Shown: piece after piece, positions 34,801-42,426 of the stretch
Layout of the letters: each line of letters opens with the position of its first letter
How positions within the stretch are numbered: position 1 is the stretch's first letter
NCBI GenBank assembly: GCA_031265685.1
Contig: JAISCI010000102.1
Location: 339-64,338 of the forward strand
Source: Clostridiales bacterium
GTDB lineage: Bacteria; Bacillota; Clostridia; Lachnospirales; WRAX01
Reading direction: 5' to 3'
Length of the DNA: 64,000 bases
The notes under the pieces: model-generated
Told to the model about the DNA's origin: nothing
The model's input: the letters and a program-made list of their open reading frames with translations, nothing else
Databases searched by the model: none
Made by a program: the position numbers and the translations under genes

Positions 34801-35412
34801 CCACGGCGCGTCCGCGGTCAGCTTATCCGACGCGACGCCCCAGCCATTGAGACGCAACGGAATAACCCCAGTCGCCGAATCGGTCTCACCGGGATTGAAC
34901 TCGAAACGCAGCAGCCGTTCCGTGGGCGCGACGGCGGCGCGTTCCTTAAACCCCGACGTCACAAGGAAGCTGTCCAGTCCCTCGGCGCCGCCCCGCCGGA
35001 ACCGCTCGTACAGATCCATATGCCTGAAACCAATCTTTTGCAGCCACTCGCGGAACGTTTCCGCGCCGAACACCCTGGCAGCCCCGGCAAAGTCCGACCG
35101 GGCGTAATCGGCGAACTCGCCGACGGAACGGCAGCGCGTACCAGTCAAGACCGCGGAAGGGTCCCCCAAGACGCGCACGCGGCCCTCGCCGCCGCTCGTG
35201 ATCAGCGACACCGAAGCGGTCTCCGCCCCGGAACCGCCCCGATACGTCACGGCGACGCGGCAGTCTCCGTCGAACTCCGCCGGGGAGACGGTTATCCCGG
35301 GCGAATCGGCGGCGATCCCGCCAAACAACCGCCCTGTTCCGGCGTTTGTGATAGAAAAGAAGGCGGTGTCGCCCGCCCCTGACAGCCTGACTTCGCGGAG
35401 AGACAGCCGCAA
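31873..35412 (-). CDS. 1179-aa protein of unrecognised family (three N-terminal beta-rich modules plus ~800 aa Ala-rich helical region)
   Basis: Continuous ORF with coding-like composition. The track start is TTG at 35412. The frame stays open 19 more codons upstream (TTEAEYERVIDVLEDGKPE) with no canonical start codon. No HPD/J-domain, Walker or other motif is recognisable. Confidence 0.7.
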   Translation of the reverse strand: MRLSLREVRLSGAGDTAFFSITNAGTGRLFGGIAADSPGITVSPAEFDGDCRVAVTYRGGSGAETASVSLITSGGEGRVRVLGDPSAVLTGTRCRSVGEFADYARSDFAGAARVFGAETFREWLQKIGFRHMDLYERFRRGGAEGLDSFLVTSGFKERAAVAPTERLLRFEFNPGETDSATGVIPLRLNGWGVASDKLTADAPWLKLLEPVVSPSDFSKDGFAEKRFIIYPGLLKSRFAAARVNLSDGSGVTIMAARRRSLSARTDRETYAPGESGSIIVVNSTRRDMLVEAAPRDRLTRFSARRYLIADKAGIPFTVAPELGRKTTEAEAAVDLITPAGVTRVAVSIKLKSPIPPDTLDTIERDISAGLLESARLQLKSAAKRDRRLRKTAPEEWARYVYLRCRAAADGGSMFTARREAGRLARSSESSYAGMAAFTAFGAARGFAALAEAFALGERSRRLLDCACDCLCAADPDTDISGAPGRSLFLGAVAWGAAKGRDISRAVRMYGAAIAARMTPAAADSVYRRYPERSLLAALCSSALTRADYSERAYRYYVTALNAGLSIPGLSAAVITSARRRAVPDVPPAALREYAEGADDAFVFHLMLTRPENQQAVGPLTRRIAEFAERSLTAGETGRYFLSAYAFYLDVADRSSPLYKKAERLVRDNLFRFRLSPADQSARQVRVFDPLMAAPENYSFSGTSCVAEAAGHGFSAAFLDGAGAAAGGGFTAVRMIENAGIRLYTRFFLDGNPSPRLLAALSKGIIDDDPRTRGISAANKLSMLTKALREPSLSPELLRAVSAAAAGLLAKTGLTAEAAERYAGTDARSVPAVFAAPIAAALAAAGDMERLAKLLASKSPAIDDETKFAAARAVAGSGSAADRAVIGPVCRELTLGGWYDAGVAKAAAGSAGSVADMARLAEAAIRAGGGSAALDREILDSAALTRDMSGAAQAAFAREAPRAAKSAHVRAYAAALCRGIELDGLEPALEAVAALEGLCLSGADPEDTTVFALCAVYARGVKPSGEVVARAAATAEKLGVIPPALETIKDKSARTPYIEENQPLEHRGRRGRNVSLVYSAGGPERGVPAKYVRFGVYAANIRAFHGDRIRYRFVERGAGGETETASRTLAVAKAELGLGEGGWQAVNDAAVHLARGREELAERSAEKALSPVPRARAILL

Positions 35413-35512
35413 TTCCGGCTTGCCGTCCTCCAGGACGTCTATAACGCGCTCATATTCGGCTTCGGTCGTCTAGATCACTCCGTTTCTAGAGGCTAGAAGC
35501 AAGAAAAACCTT

Positions 35513-37174
35513 TCAGCGAGGGCCTATGAATTCACGCAGTATGGAGTTTGCGGGCACCTCCGACGACGGCACGTTAAGGAAGCTGTCGAGAAACTTAATC
35601 AGGCGCTTCGCTTCCATATACTCGGGCACTTTCGGGCTTATGCCGAAAAGCAGCGGCTCGGCGTACTGTTTCAGCGCGCACAGCTCGTATACGAGCGCCG
35701 AATTGAAGATGGCGTCCGCGCCCTCTTCGTATGGGAACACGTGTTTCTGCTCGCCGCGCCCGACTGACGGCCATATGCGGATCGTCGTCAACGCGCCGAA
35801 GTTCCGCGACTGATGGTCGCGGACGATCCGGCGGATCAGACGCGCGTCGGTCGTCGCGATGCGGTTGTGATCGTCGATGTTCAGCTGTGTAAATACGCTT
35901 ATGAATATTTTGAATTTATCGTTGTCGGATATACCCACGGCCAGCCGGTCATTCAGCGCGTGCAACCCCTCGACTATGAGGACGTCGTTCTTGCCCATCG
36001 CGAACGGCAGCGCCTTCGGACTCCTCATGCCGGTCGTGAAGTCGAACTCCGGCACTTCGACCGTATCCCCCGCCAGCAGCGCGCGGATATCGGCGTTAAC
36101 GCGATCCATCTCTATGGCGTCGGGACTCTCATAGTCCGGCTCGCCGAACTCGTCTACGGGCAGCGTTTCCCGCGAGACAAAATAATCGTCGAGCGAGATG
36201 ATGTGCGCGTGATAACCCGAGACGCGCAGCTGTATCGCGAGCCGCTTCGCGAACGTCGTCTTGCCCGACGACGACGGACCCGATACGAGCGCGAGCCGCC
36301 GCCCCCGCGACACGATCATGTCCGCGATCTGGGCGACGCGCTTCTCATGCAGCGCTTCGTTAGTCTGGATGAACTCGCCGGCGCGCCCGGCGCAGATAAT
36401 GTCGTTCAGCGCGCCGACGCTGCCCGCCGAAAGGATGTCGCCCCAGCGCTTGGCCTCGCGGAACACGACGGCCACTTTCGTGGCCACGGCGGGTTCGGAA
36501 GGCTCCGACGGGTCGGAAGCCATCGGGAAACGCAGCAGCAACCCCCCGGCCGGCGTCCGCGACAGCCCGAACACCGTTACGGCGCCCGTCGAGCGCGCCA
36601 TCGGGCCGTAGAAATAATCATAGTACCCATTGAGCCTATAGAAATTAACTCCGCTGGTACGGCGGTATTTCAGCATATCCACTCTGTCCCACGCGCCCAT
36701 CTCCTCGCAAAGGCGCACGCCCTCGTCGAGCGTCATGGAAAGCTTATCGATTACAATATCGTCGTCCACGATCTCGCGCATCCGAGACTCGATCCGCGCG
36801 AGAAGCGCCGCCGTAACGCGGATCTGATCGCCCTCGGCCGTGAGCAGTTCGCACACATAGTTATTGTTTATAGAATGCCGTATGACTACCCGCGCCGTAC
36901 CGCCCAGCGCGTCGCGAGCGGCGCATATCATGACGAACGACGCCGTCCGTTGATACACTAGAAACCCGGCGCGGCTCGTAATGTCCAAGAACTCGGCCTC
37001 GCAGTCGCGGATAAGCCGGGCGTTTAATTCCAACAGTTCATTGTTGACACGTGCCACCAGTATCGGAAAGCTCAATAGTTCCGGATACGCCCGCGCGATT
37101 TCGTACAGCCTGATACCGTAATCGGCTTTTATCTCGTCGCCGCCGGACACCCGGATGTTGATCATTTCCTGCAT
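35513..37174 (-). CDS. uridine/nucleoside kinase-family P-loop protein, long form with N-terminal extension
   Basis: I trimmed the track ORF to the ATG at 37174, giving 553 aa. GPSSSGKTTFAKRL P-loop, ISLDDYF, and a PRK/Udk-like C-terminal half. Confidence 0.75.
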   Translation of the reverse strand: MQEMINIRVSGGDEIKADYGIRLYEIARAYPELLSFPILVARVNNELLELNARLIRDCEAEFLDITSRAGFLVYQRTASFVMICAARDALGGTARVVIRHSINNNYVCELLTAEGDQIRVTAALLARIESRMREIVDDDIVIDKLSMTLDEGVRLCEEMGAWDRVDMLKYRRTSGVNFYRLNGYYDYFYGPMARSTGAVTVFGLSRTPAGGLLLRFPMASDPSEPSEPAVATKVAVVFREAKRWGDILSAGSVGALNDIICAGRAGEFIQTNEALHEKRVAQIADMIVSRGRRLALVSGPSSSGKTTFAKRLAIQLRVSGYHAHIISLDDYFVSRETLPVDEFGEPDYESPDAIEMDRVNADIRALLAGDTVEVPEFDFTTGMRSPKALPFAMGKNDVLIVEGLHALNDRLAVGISDNDKFKIFISVFTQLNIDDHNRIATTDARLIRRIVRDHQSRNFGALTTIRIWPSVGRGEQKHVFPYEEGADAIFNSALVYELCALKQYAEPLLFGISPKVPEYMEAKRLIKFLDSFLNVPSSEVPANSILREFIGPR

Positions 37175-37185
37175 TTGGAGCCCTC

Positions 37186-37983
37186 CTATACCAGTAATTG
37201 GGGATCTGAAATCATAAAAACCTGACCGTCCGCTGCGGACTCGATAAACTCGGCGTCCGGAACCAGCTCGCGGAGTCTTGCCGCCAGCGGCGGGATCACA
37301 ATGTTTTCCGTGGCGTAGTGCGTCGCGTCGATCAGGCATAGCCCCATGTCGATAGCGTCCTGCGCCTCGTGGTATCGGACGTCGCCGGTTATGAATACGT
37401 CCGCGCCCTGAGAGAGCGCCCGCCGGAACAGTTTGCGGTCGGAACCCGAACCCGTAACCACGGCGGCGCGTTTTACAATCCGCCTCGGATCGCCCGTGAA
37501 GCGCAACGCGTCCGTCCCGAGCGCCCGTGAGGCCGCGCCGGCGAAGCCCCGGAGCGGCAGCGGTTCCGGAATGTTCCCCACGCGCCCCATCGCGGGCGGA
37601 TCGCCGAGCGAGTCGATAGCCGTAAGCCCCAGAAGCCGGGCAAGCGTGTCGTTTGTGCCGCCATCCGCCGCGTCGAGATTCGTGTGCATGGCATAGACCG
37701 CTATACCGTTCTCGATCAGAAACAGCAGTTTATCACCGAGGGCGTCACAGTCGGCGACGCGCTGTATCGGTTTGAATATCGGCGGGTGGTGCGTCACGAT
37801 AAGACCCGCGCCGACCGCCGCCGCCTCGCGGCAGACCTCCCGCGTCGCGTCCAGCGCCACGAGTACGCGCCCGGCGTCCGCGCCCGCGCGTCCGACGATA
37901 AGACCCGAATTATCCCATTCGGCGGATAGCTCCGGAGGAGCTATCGTCTCGGCGGCGCGGATTATGTCCGCCGCTTTCGGCAT
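37186..37983 (-). CDS. Nif3-like dinuclear metal centre protein (YqfO family)
   Basis: 265 aa. WDNSGLIVG, LIVTHHPPIF, VYAMHTNLD, FITGDVRYHEA. Confidence 0.9.
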   Translation of the reverse strand: MPKAADIIRAAETIAPPELSAEWDNSGLIVGRAGADAGRVLVALDATREVCREAAAVGAGLIVTHHPPIFKPIQRVADCDALGDKLLFLIENGIAVYAMHTNLDAADGGTNDTLARLLGLTAIDSLGDPPAMGRVGNIPEPLPLRGFAGAASRALGTDALRFTGDPRRIVKRAAVVTGSGSDRKLFRRALSQGADVFITGDVRYHEAQDAIDMGLCLIDATHYATENIVIPPLAARLRELVPDAEFIESAADGQVFMISDPQLLV

Positions 37984-38004
37984 TTGCCCATCTCCTTACT
38001 TTAT

Positions 38005-38496
38005 TTATTGGATACTATTCTCTATTCTTAAAATATTATATATTTTCTTGCCTTCAATAACCCGCGCCGCCGCCGTTACGATTCGGCCGTTCACCGCCGC
38101 CCATTCCGCCACTCTATCCCAGTCGCGGTGCGGCACGAGCACGATCCCACTGAACGCCCGCGCAGTCTCGGGAGCGGCTTCCAGAATTTCAATAATATTC
38201 AGTCCGCCCATTCCCGCGATTACACATTCCTCGAACTCTCCCGGAGCCACGGCGCGAAGCCCGTTGCCCAAGCGCGTCTCCACGACGCCGCCAAGGCTCC
38301 ACGCGTCAATCTTGCGCCGCGCCGCGGCGAGCGGCCCGGGGGCTATGTCGCAGGCCGCCGCGCGGTCGATCCGCCCTGTCGCGGCCAACCATACCGGCAG
38401 CATAGCGTGATCGCAGCCGACGTCGCACATCGACCGCGCACGCAGCATGTCCGCGACCGCGCGCAGCCGCGGCGCCAGCGCGAAGAGCCGCTTCAT
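38005..38496 (-). CDS. trmK: tRNA (adenine(22)-N1)-methyltransferase, short form
   Basis: I trimmed the track ORF to the ATG at 38496, giving 163 aa. DVGCDHAMLPVWL...AAACDIAPGPL...IAGMGG. Only the methyltransferase domain is present. The start codon directly abuts a repeat terminus (ggagattagtATG). Confidence 0.75.
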   Translation of the reverse strand: MKRLFALAPRLRAVADMLRARSMCDVGCDHAMLPVWLAATGRIDRAAACDIAPGPLAAARRKIDAWSLGGVVETRLGNGLRAVAPGEFEECVIAGMGGLNIIEILEAAPETARAFSGIVLVPHRDWDRVAEWAAVNGRIVTAAARVIEGKKIYNILRIENSIQ

Positions 38497-38636
38497 ACTA
38501 ATCTCCACACCAAAGGATACCGAATATTTTTTCGATCCGCGACTGATAAGTTTGCGTGGTTCATGCAAACTTCAGAAGCCGCGCGGATGCGCAAGCTCGA
38601 AAAAATATTCGGCACAAATCTAAGTGGAATTAGTAT
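38495..38636. repeat. family-A palindromic element with an internal AAGTTTGC-N9-GCAAACTT hairpin (38548..38572)
   Basis: atactaatctccac / ccgaatattttttcga / core / tcgaaaaaatattcgg / aagtggaattagtat. It fits exactly between the stop of 38639..40885 and the trmK ATG. Confidence 0.85.
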
Positions 38637-38638
38637 CA

Positions 38639-40885
38639 TCAGAACATATCCCTTTCCATCAGACCTACGGCCATCTCGGCGTTGCGCCGCGCGGCCACCC
38701 GCGACCGCTCGGCGTAGCTCATCAGAGCCGACGAGATCGCCGCGCGGTTGAAGATAATGTAATCGGCGCAGGCGCGCAGCTTCTCGCCGTCGATCGCGCG
38801 CGCGTCCACGCAATAGGGCTGATTCGCGCCCTCCATCACCGCGCGGACTTTCGGGTCGTAAACCACGCCGATTGGCGGCGTACCGACGCTGATAGCGTAG
38901 ATAACGGAGTGCAGCCGCATCCCGACCACGAACGCCGCGCCGCGGATCAACTCGAGCGTCTCCCCGACGGATCGCGCGCCAAGGTACGCCCCGCCGCCCC
39001 GGACTCTCGCCGCCACGCGCCGTGAGACGGTCTCGTCGTTCTCAGGCTGCATCGGGATAAATAACGGAGCGAGGCCGTGCTTGAGTTTGCAATATTCGCA
39101 GAATTCCGATATCTCACGCTCGAAAGTTTCCGCTTCGACGCCTTTCAGGTATTTCCATGAACGGATCGAGACGAGGAAGTATCCGCCGGGTTTCAGTCCC
39201 AGTTCGGTCAGCTTCGCCGCCGCGGCGTCCGCGTCGCCGTCACGGGGCAGTATACCGAACGCCGCATCCGCCGTCACGGCCGATTCCGGGACGGTCACGC
39301 CGAGCGCTTCAGCTTCGCGCGCCGAATCCGCGTCGCGCAGCGTAATGAGATCGACGGCGTTCAGCGTCCGGCCCGCGCGCCTGCGGTTCTTCTCTCTCCG
39401 AACGGGTCCTATGCCGTTCGCGTACATCATAACCGCCGCCCCGCGCCGCTTCGCGAGACGGATTACGTACAGATAATACAACAGCGACTGCGTACTGGTT
39501 ATATCCTGAATCAGACTGCCGCCGCCGGATACAAGCACGTTGGTTTCCGCCATCAGCCTGGACAGCTTGAACACGTTGAACCGGAACACCGTGCTGACGC
39601 CGTATTCCCGCGCCGTTACGCCCGGCCTCCTGGAGAGCACCACGGCGTTCAGATCGGGCTTAAGAGCGCGAAGGTCGTCCAGAAGCGCTTTCAGCACCGC
39701 GTCGTCGCCGTTGTTGTTGAAGCCGTAGTATCCGGAGACGACCGCGTCCACGGGGCGCGACGATTTGAGCACGCGTTCGTACAGCGCCAGAGCGTCGTCC
39801 GCCATGCGCGACGAATCGTACAGCTTCCTTACAATGTCGCGGCCGTACCGCGATAACCGGTCCGCCTCTCCAGTCGGCATACGCAGCAGCGTCAGTATGT
39901 CCGTGCGCAGGCTCTTCTGGTCAAACGGAGCGCAATCTCGGCACGTGAAGTTCGTCGCTATAGCGCTCGGCAATTTATCCTCGCCGAATATGCCGAGCGA
40001 CCCAAAGTTTCCGGCAAGGATCACGCGTTTCCCGGATGACATGGCCTCGAGCGCCGCCCGGCTGATCGCGACGGCTATCTCCGCGTTCGCGACGATACGG
40101 TTCACGTCCACGCGCGGCCCCGTCATAATAATGGCTTTCGTCTCGAGACGGGCGTTTATATTCTGCGCCGCCTTACGCAGGCTCTCGGCTTCCGTTCCGC
40201 CGCCGACGACGACCAGCTCGATCTTCGGCACGAGCTGATGAAGCTCCTCCACGCATTGGAGCAGCGCGTACGCCACCGAACAATTCCCCTTGTCCAGACG
40301 GCTGACGTACACAATGCGGCGTTTATCCTTAGCCAAGCCAAACTCCAGCGCCACCCGCGACCCGTCCGTGCCGGGAGAGAATTTCTCCGTGTCGATGCCG
40401 TTTATCGTTATGTCTATGCCGTCTTCCGGCACGCCGTAATTGCTGGCGAGATAAGTTTTCAGATCCTCGCTCACGGCGAGCTGTTTTTCGCCCCAGTTTG
40501 ACAGCAGTTTCAGCAATGGGCTGATGTAAAACTCGCAGTGGCACGTGGTGACGAAACGGAAGTGCAGGCGCTTTTGGAGCATTCCGCACAAAAAAGCCGG
40601 AATCCGCGCGTGGGCGTGGACAAGTTTGATGCCGTTCTCCCGGATGATCCGCTCCAGCGCGAAATAGCTCGCTATCATGCTGCGCGGTCCGCGGCTGTTG
40701 AGCGGAACGGTGAAATGCCTGATCCCCGCCGCCTCCAGTTCGGGGACGTACGCGCCGCCTTTGGACGCGACGTAAACGTCCGCGCCGCGCGACTTCAGGC
40801 TTTTCGACAATTCCAGAACGTGGGTCTCCGCGCCGCCGATCTCCATGCCTTGAAGCGCCATCAGCACCTTGAAATCCGTTTTCAT
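38639..40885 (-). CDS. fusion of GT4-type glycosyltransferase and CsaB-type polysaccharide pyruvyl transferase
   Basis: 748 aa. The N-terminal half is GT-B/GT4-like (MEIGGAETHVLELSK...). The C-terminal half reads VVSGYYGFNNNGDDAVLKALLDDL, the CsaB pyruvyl-transferase signature. Confidence 0.75.
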   Translation of the reverse strand: MKTDFKVLMALQGMEIGGAETHVLELSKSLKSRGADVYVASKGGAYVPELEAAGIRHFTVPLNSRGPRSMIASYFALERIIRENGIKLVHAHARIPAFLCGMLQKRLHFRFVTTCHCEFYISPLLKLLSNWGEKQLAVSEDLKTYLASNYGVPEDGIDITINGIDTEKFSPGTDGSRVALEFGLAKDKRRIVYVSRLDKGNCSVAYALLQCVEELHQLVPKIELVVVGGGTEAESLRKAAQNINARLETKAIIMTGPRVDVNRIVANAEIAVAISRAALEAMSSGKRVILAGNFGSLGIFGEDKLPSAIATNFTCRDCAPFDQKSLRTDILTLLRMPTGEADRLSRYGRDIVRKLYDSSRMADDALALYERVLKSSRPVDAVVSGYYGFNNNGDDAVLKALLDDLRALKPDLNAVVLSRRPGVTAREYGVSTVFRFNVFKLSRLMAETNVLVSGGGSLIQDITSTQSLLYYLYVIRLAKRRGAAVMMYANGIGPVRREKNRRRAGRTLNAVDLITLRDADSAREAEALGVTVPESAVTADAAFGILPRDGDADAAAAKLTELGLKPGGYFLVSIRSWKYLKGVEAETFEREISEFCEYCKLKHGLAPLFIPMQPENDETVSRRVAARVRGGGAYLGARSVGETLELIRGAAFVVGMRLHSVIYAISVGTPPIGVVYDPKVRAVMEGANQPYCVDARAIDGEKLRACADYIIFNRAAISSALMSYAERSRVAARRNAEMAVGLMERDMF

Positions 40886-42426
40886 TTGCCGCGCCCCCTT
40901 TTAATAAACCCGTACGCCATCCGCGCTTCCTTTATCCCGAGAGCGTACGCCCCCGCCATAAACGCCGCGCATCCTACCGCCACGGCGCCGGCCAGAGCCG
41001 CCAAACGGCCGGCGAACCCGTTCGGGGTGAGCATACCGCTCAGCCGCCAGACCAATCCGCCCATCGCCGCCGAAAGCAGCACGGATTTTATGAGATCAAG
41101 CCCATCCGATTTATCCAGTATATCCGGATGCTTCTTCTTAACCACAAACACTGTTACAGCCGCCGTCAGCGTAATCGAAACAGTGGCCGCCAGCGCCGCT
41201 CCGCCCACGCCCATCGCGCCCGCCAGCGGAAACGCCAGCGCCGCGTTGGCCGCTACCGCCGCGACGCCCGTCAGGAGCGGCGCTTTGCCCGAACCTTCCG
41301 CGTAGAACGCGCGGCTTAAGATCGTCATTACGCCGAAGCCGAGCATACCCGGCACGTACATGACGAGCGCCGAAACGGTGAGTTCGGCGGAGCGTTCGTC
41401 GAAACTGCCGCGCTGGTAAAACAGCTCGACGATAGGCCGCCCGAGCGCCAGCATACCCGCCGTCATCGGCGGCAACAGGAAGAACAGCGCGCGAAGCGTC
41501 CCGCGAAGCGTCCCGCCGAAGCCGTCCTCGTCGGCATTCGCGGCGCTTCGGCTAAGCGCCGGGAACACCACGTTCGCTACAGACAGTATAAACACGCCCG
41601 TAACCACGCTGTACAGCTCGCCGGCGTAGCCCAGAGCCGATTGACCCGACTCAATCGCGGAAACGGCGCTGTTTCCGACCAGCGTGTTGATCGGAAACAC
41701 CCACGAACTGACCATAACGGGCAGCGCCAGACGCCCGATCCGTTTCATGCCGTCGTCCGCGAACGCGAACCGCGGCCTGGGGACATATCCCCGCGCGAAC
41801 AGCGGCGGCAGCTGTATCAGCAGCTGCGTACCCCAGCCGATCAAAAACGCCCACGCCAGCCCGACGACACCGAAGCGATCCATAAACAGGAACATATACG
41901 CGATAACGATAACGTTCGAGACGACGCTCATCGCGGCGGGCACGTTGAACTCCCCGAGCGACTGCAGCACGCCGGTGACAGAAAACGCCAGCGCCGTAGC
42001 GCAGATCGTCGGCAGCATGACGCGCAGCAGATCCGCCGTAAGCGCGATTTTATCGTCGGAGAATCCGGGCGCGAACATCCGCGCGAGCGGCTCCGCGAAT
42101 AATATCATGATCACCGAAGCCGCCGCCGACAGCGCGAATATAAGCGTTACGAACGAGTCCGCGAGACGCAGCGCCCCGTCGCGTCCCCGGTTCTCGAGAT
42201 AATCGCTGAAGACGGGAATAAAGCTGGAGCTGATGGCCGACGCGAACGCGAAGTCGAGGAAGCCGCGCGGGATGAGGCTGGCCTGCGTAAAGGCGTCCAT
42301 CTCCGCGGACGTGCCAAGGAAGCTCGCCGTCGTCACCGTTCGCGCCAGCCCCAGCAATTTGCCAGCCAGCATTATTATCATCACCGTGCCGACCGTCCTT
42401 GCCGGGCGGGACTCGCTCATCCGCAT
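40882..42426 (-). CDS. murJ: lipid II flippase MurJ (MOP superfamily)
   Basis: 514 aa, polytopic. The N-terminus ...MLAGKLLGLARTVTTASFLGTSAEMDAFTQASLIPR is typical of MurJ/MviN. Confidence 0.85.
   Translation of the reverse strand: MRMSESRPARTVGTVMIIMLAGKLLGLARTVTTASFLGTSAEMDAFTQASLIPRGFLDFAFASAISSSFIPVFSDYLENRGRDGALRLADSFVTLIFALSAAASVIMILFAEPLARMFAPGFSDDKIALTADLLRVMLPTICATALAFSVTGVLQSLGEFNVPAAMSVVSNVIVIAYMFLFMDRFGVVGLAWAFLIGWGTQLLIQLPPLFARGYVPRPRFAFADDGMKRIGRLALPVMVSSWVFPINTLVGNSAVSAIESGQSALGYAGELYSVVTGVFILSVANVVFPALSRSAANADEDGFGGTLRGTLRALFFLLPPMTAGMLALGRPIVELFYQRGSFDERSAELTVSALVMYVPGMLGFGVMTILSRAFYAEGSGKAPLLTGVAAVAANAALAFPLAGAMGVGGAALAATVSITLTAAVTVFVVKKKHPDILDKSDGLDLIKSVLLSAAMGGLVWRLSGMLTPNGFAGRLAALAGAVAVGCAAFMAGAYALGIKEARMAYGFIKRGRGK

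Noticed and set aside
22076-35412. J-domain co-chaperone within the Hsp70 cluster.
   Set aside because: I scanned all cluster proteins for an HPD tripeptide in a helical 70-aa context and found none. The absence is reported as part of the finding, not as a feature.
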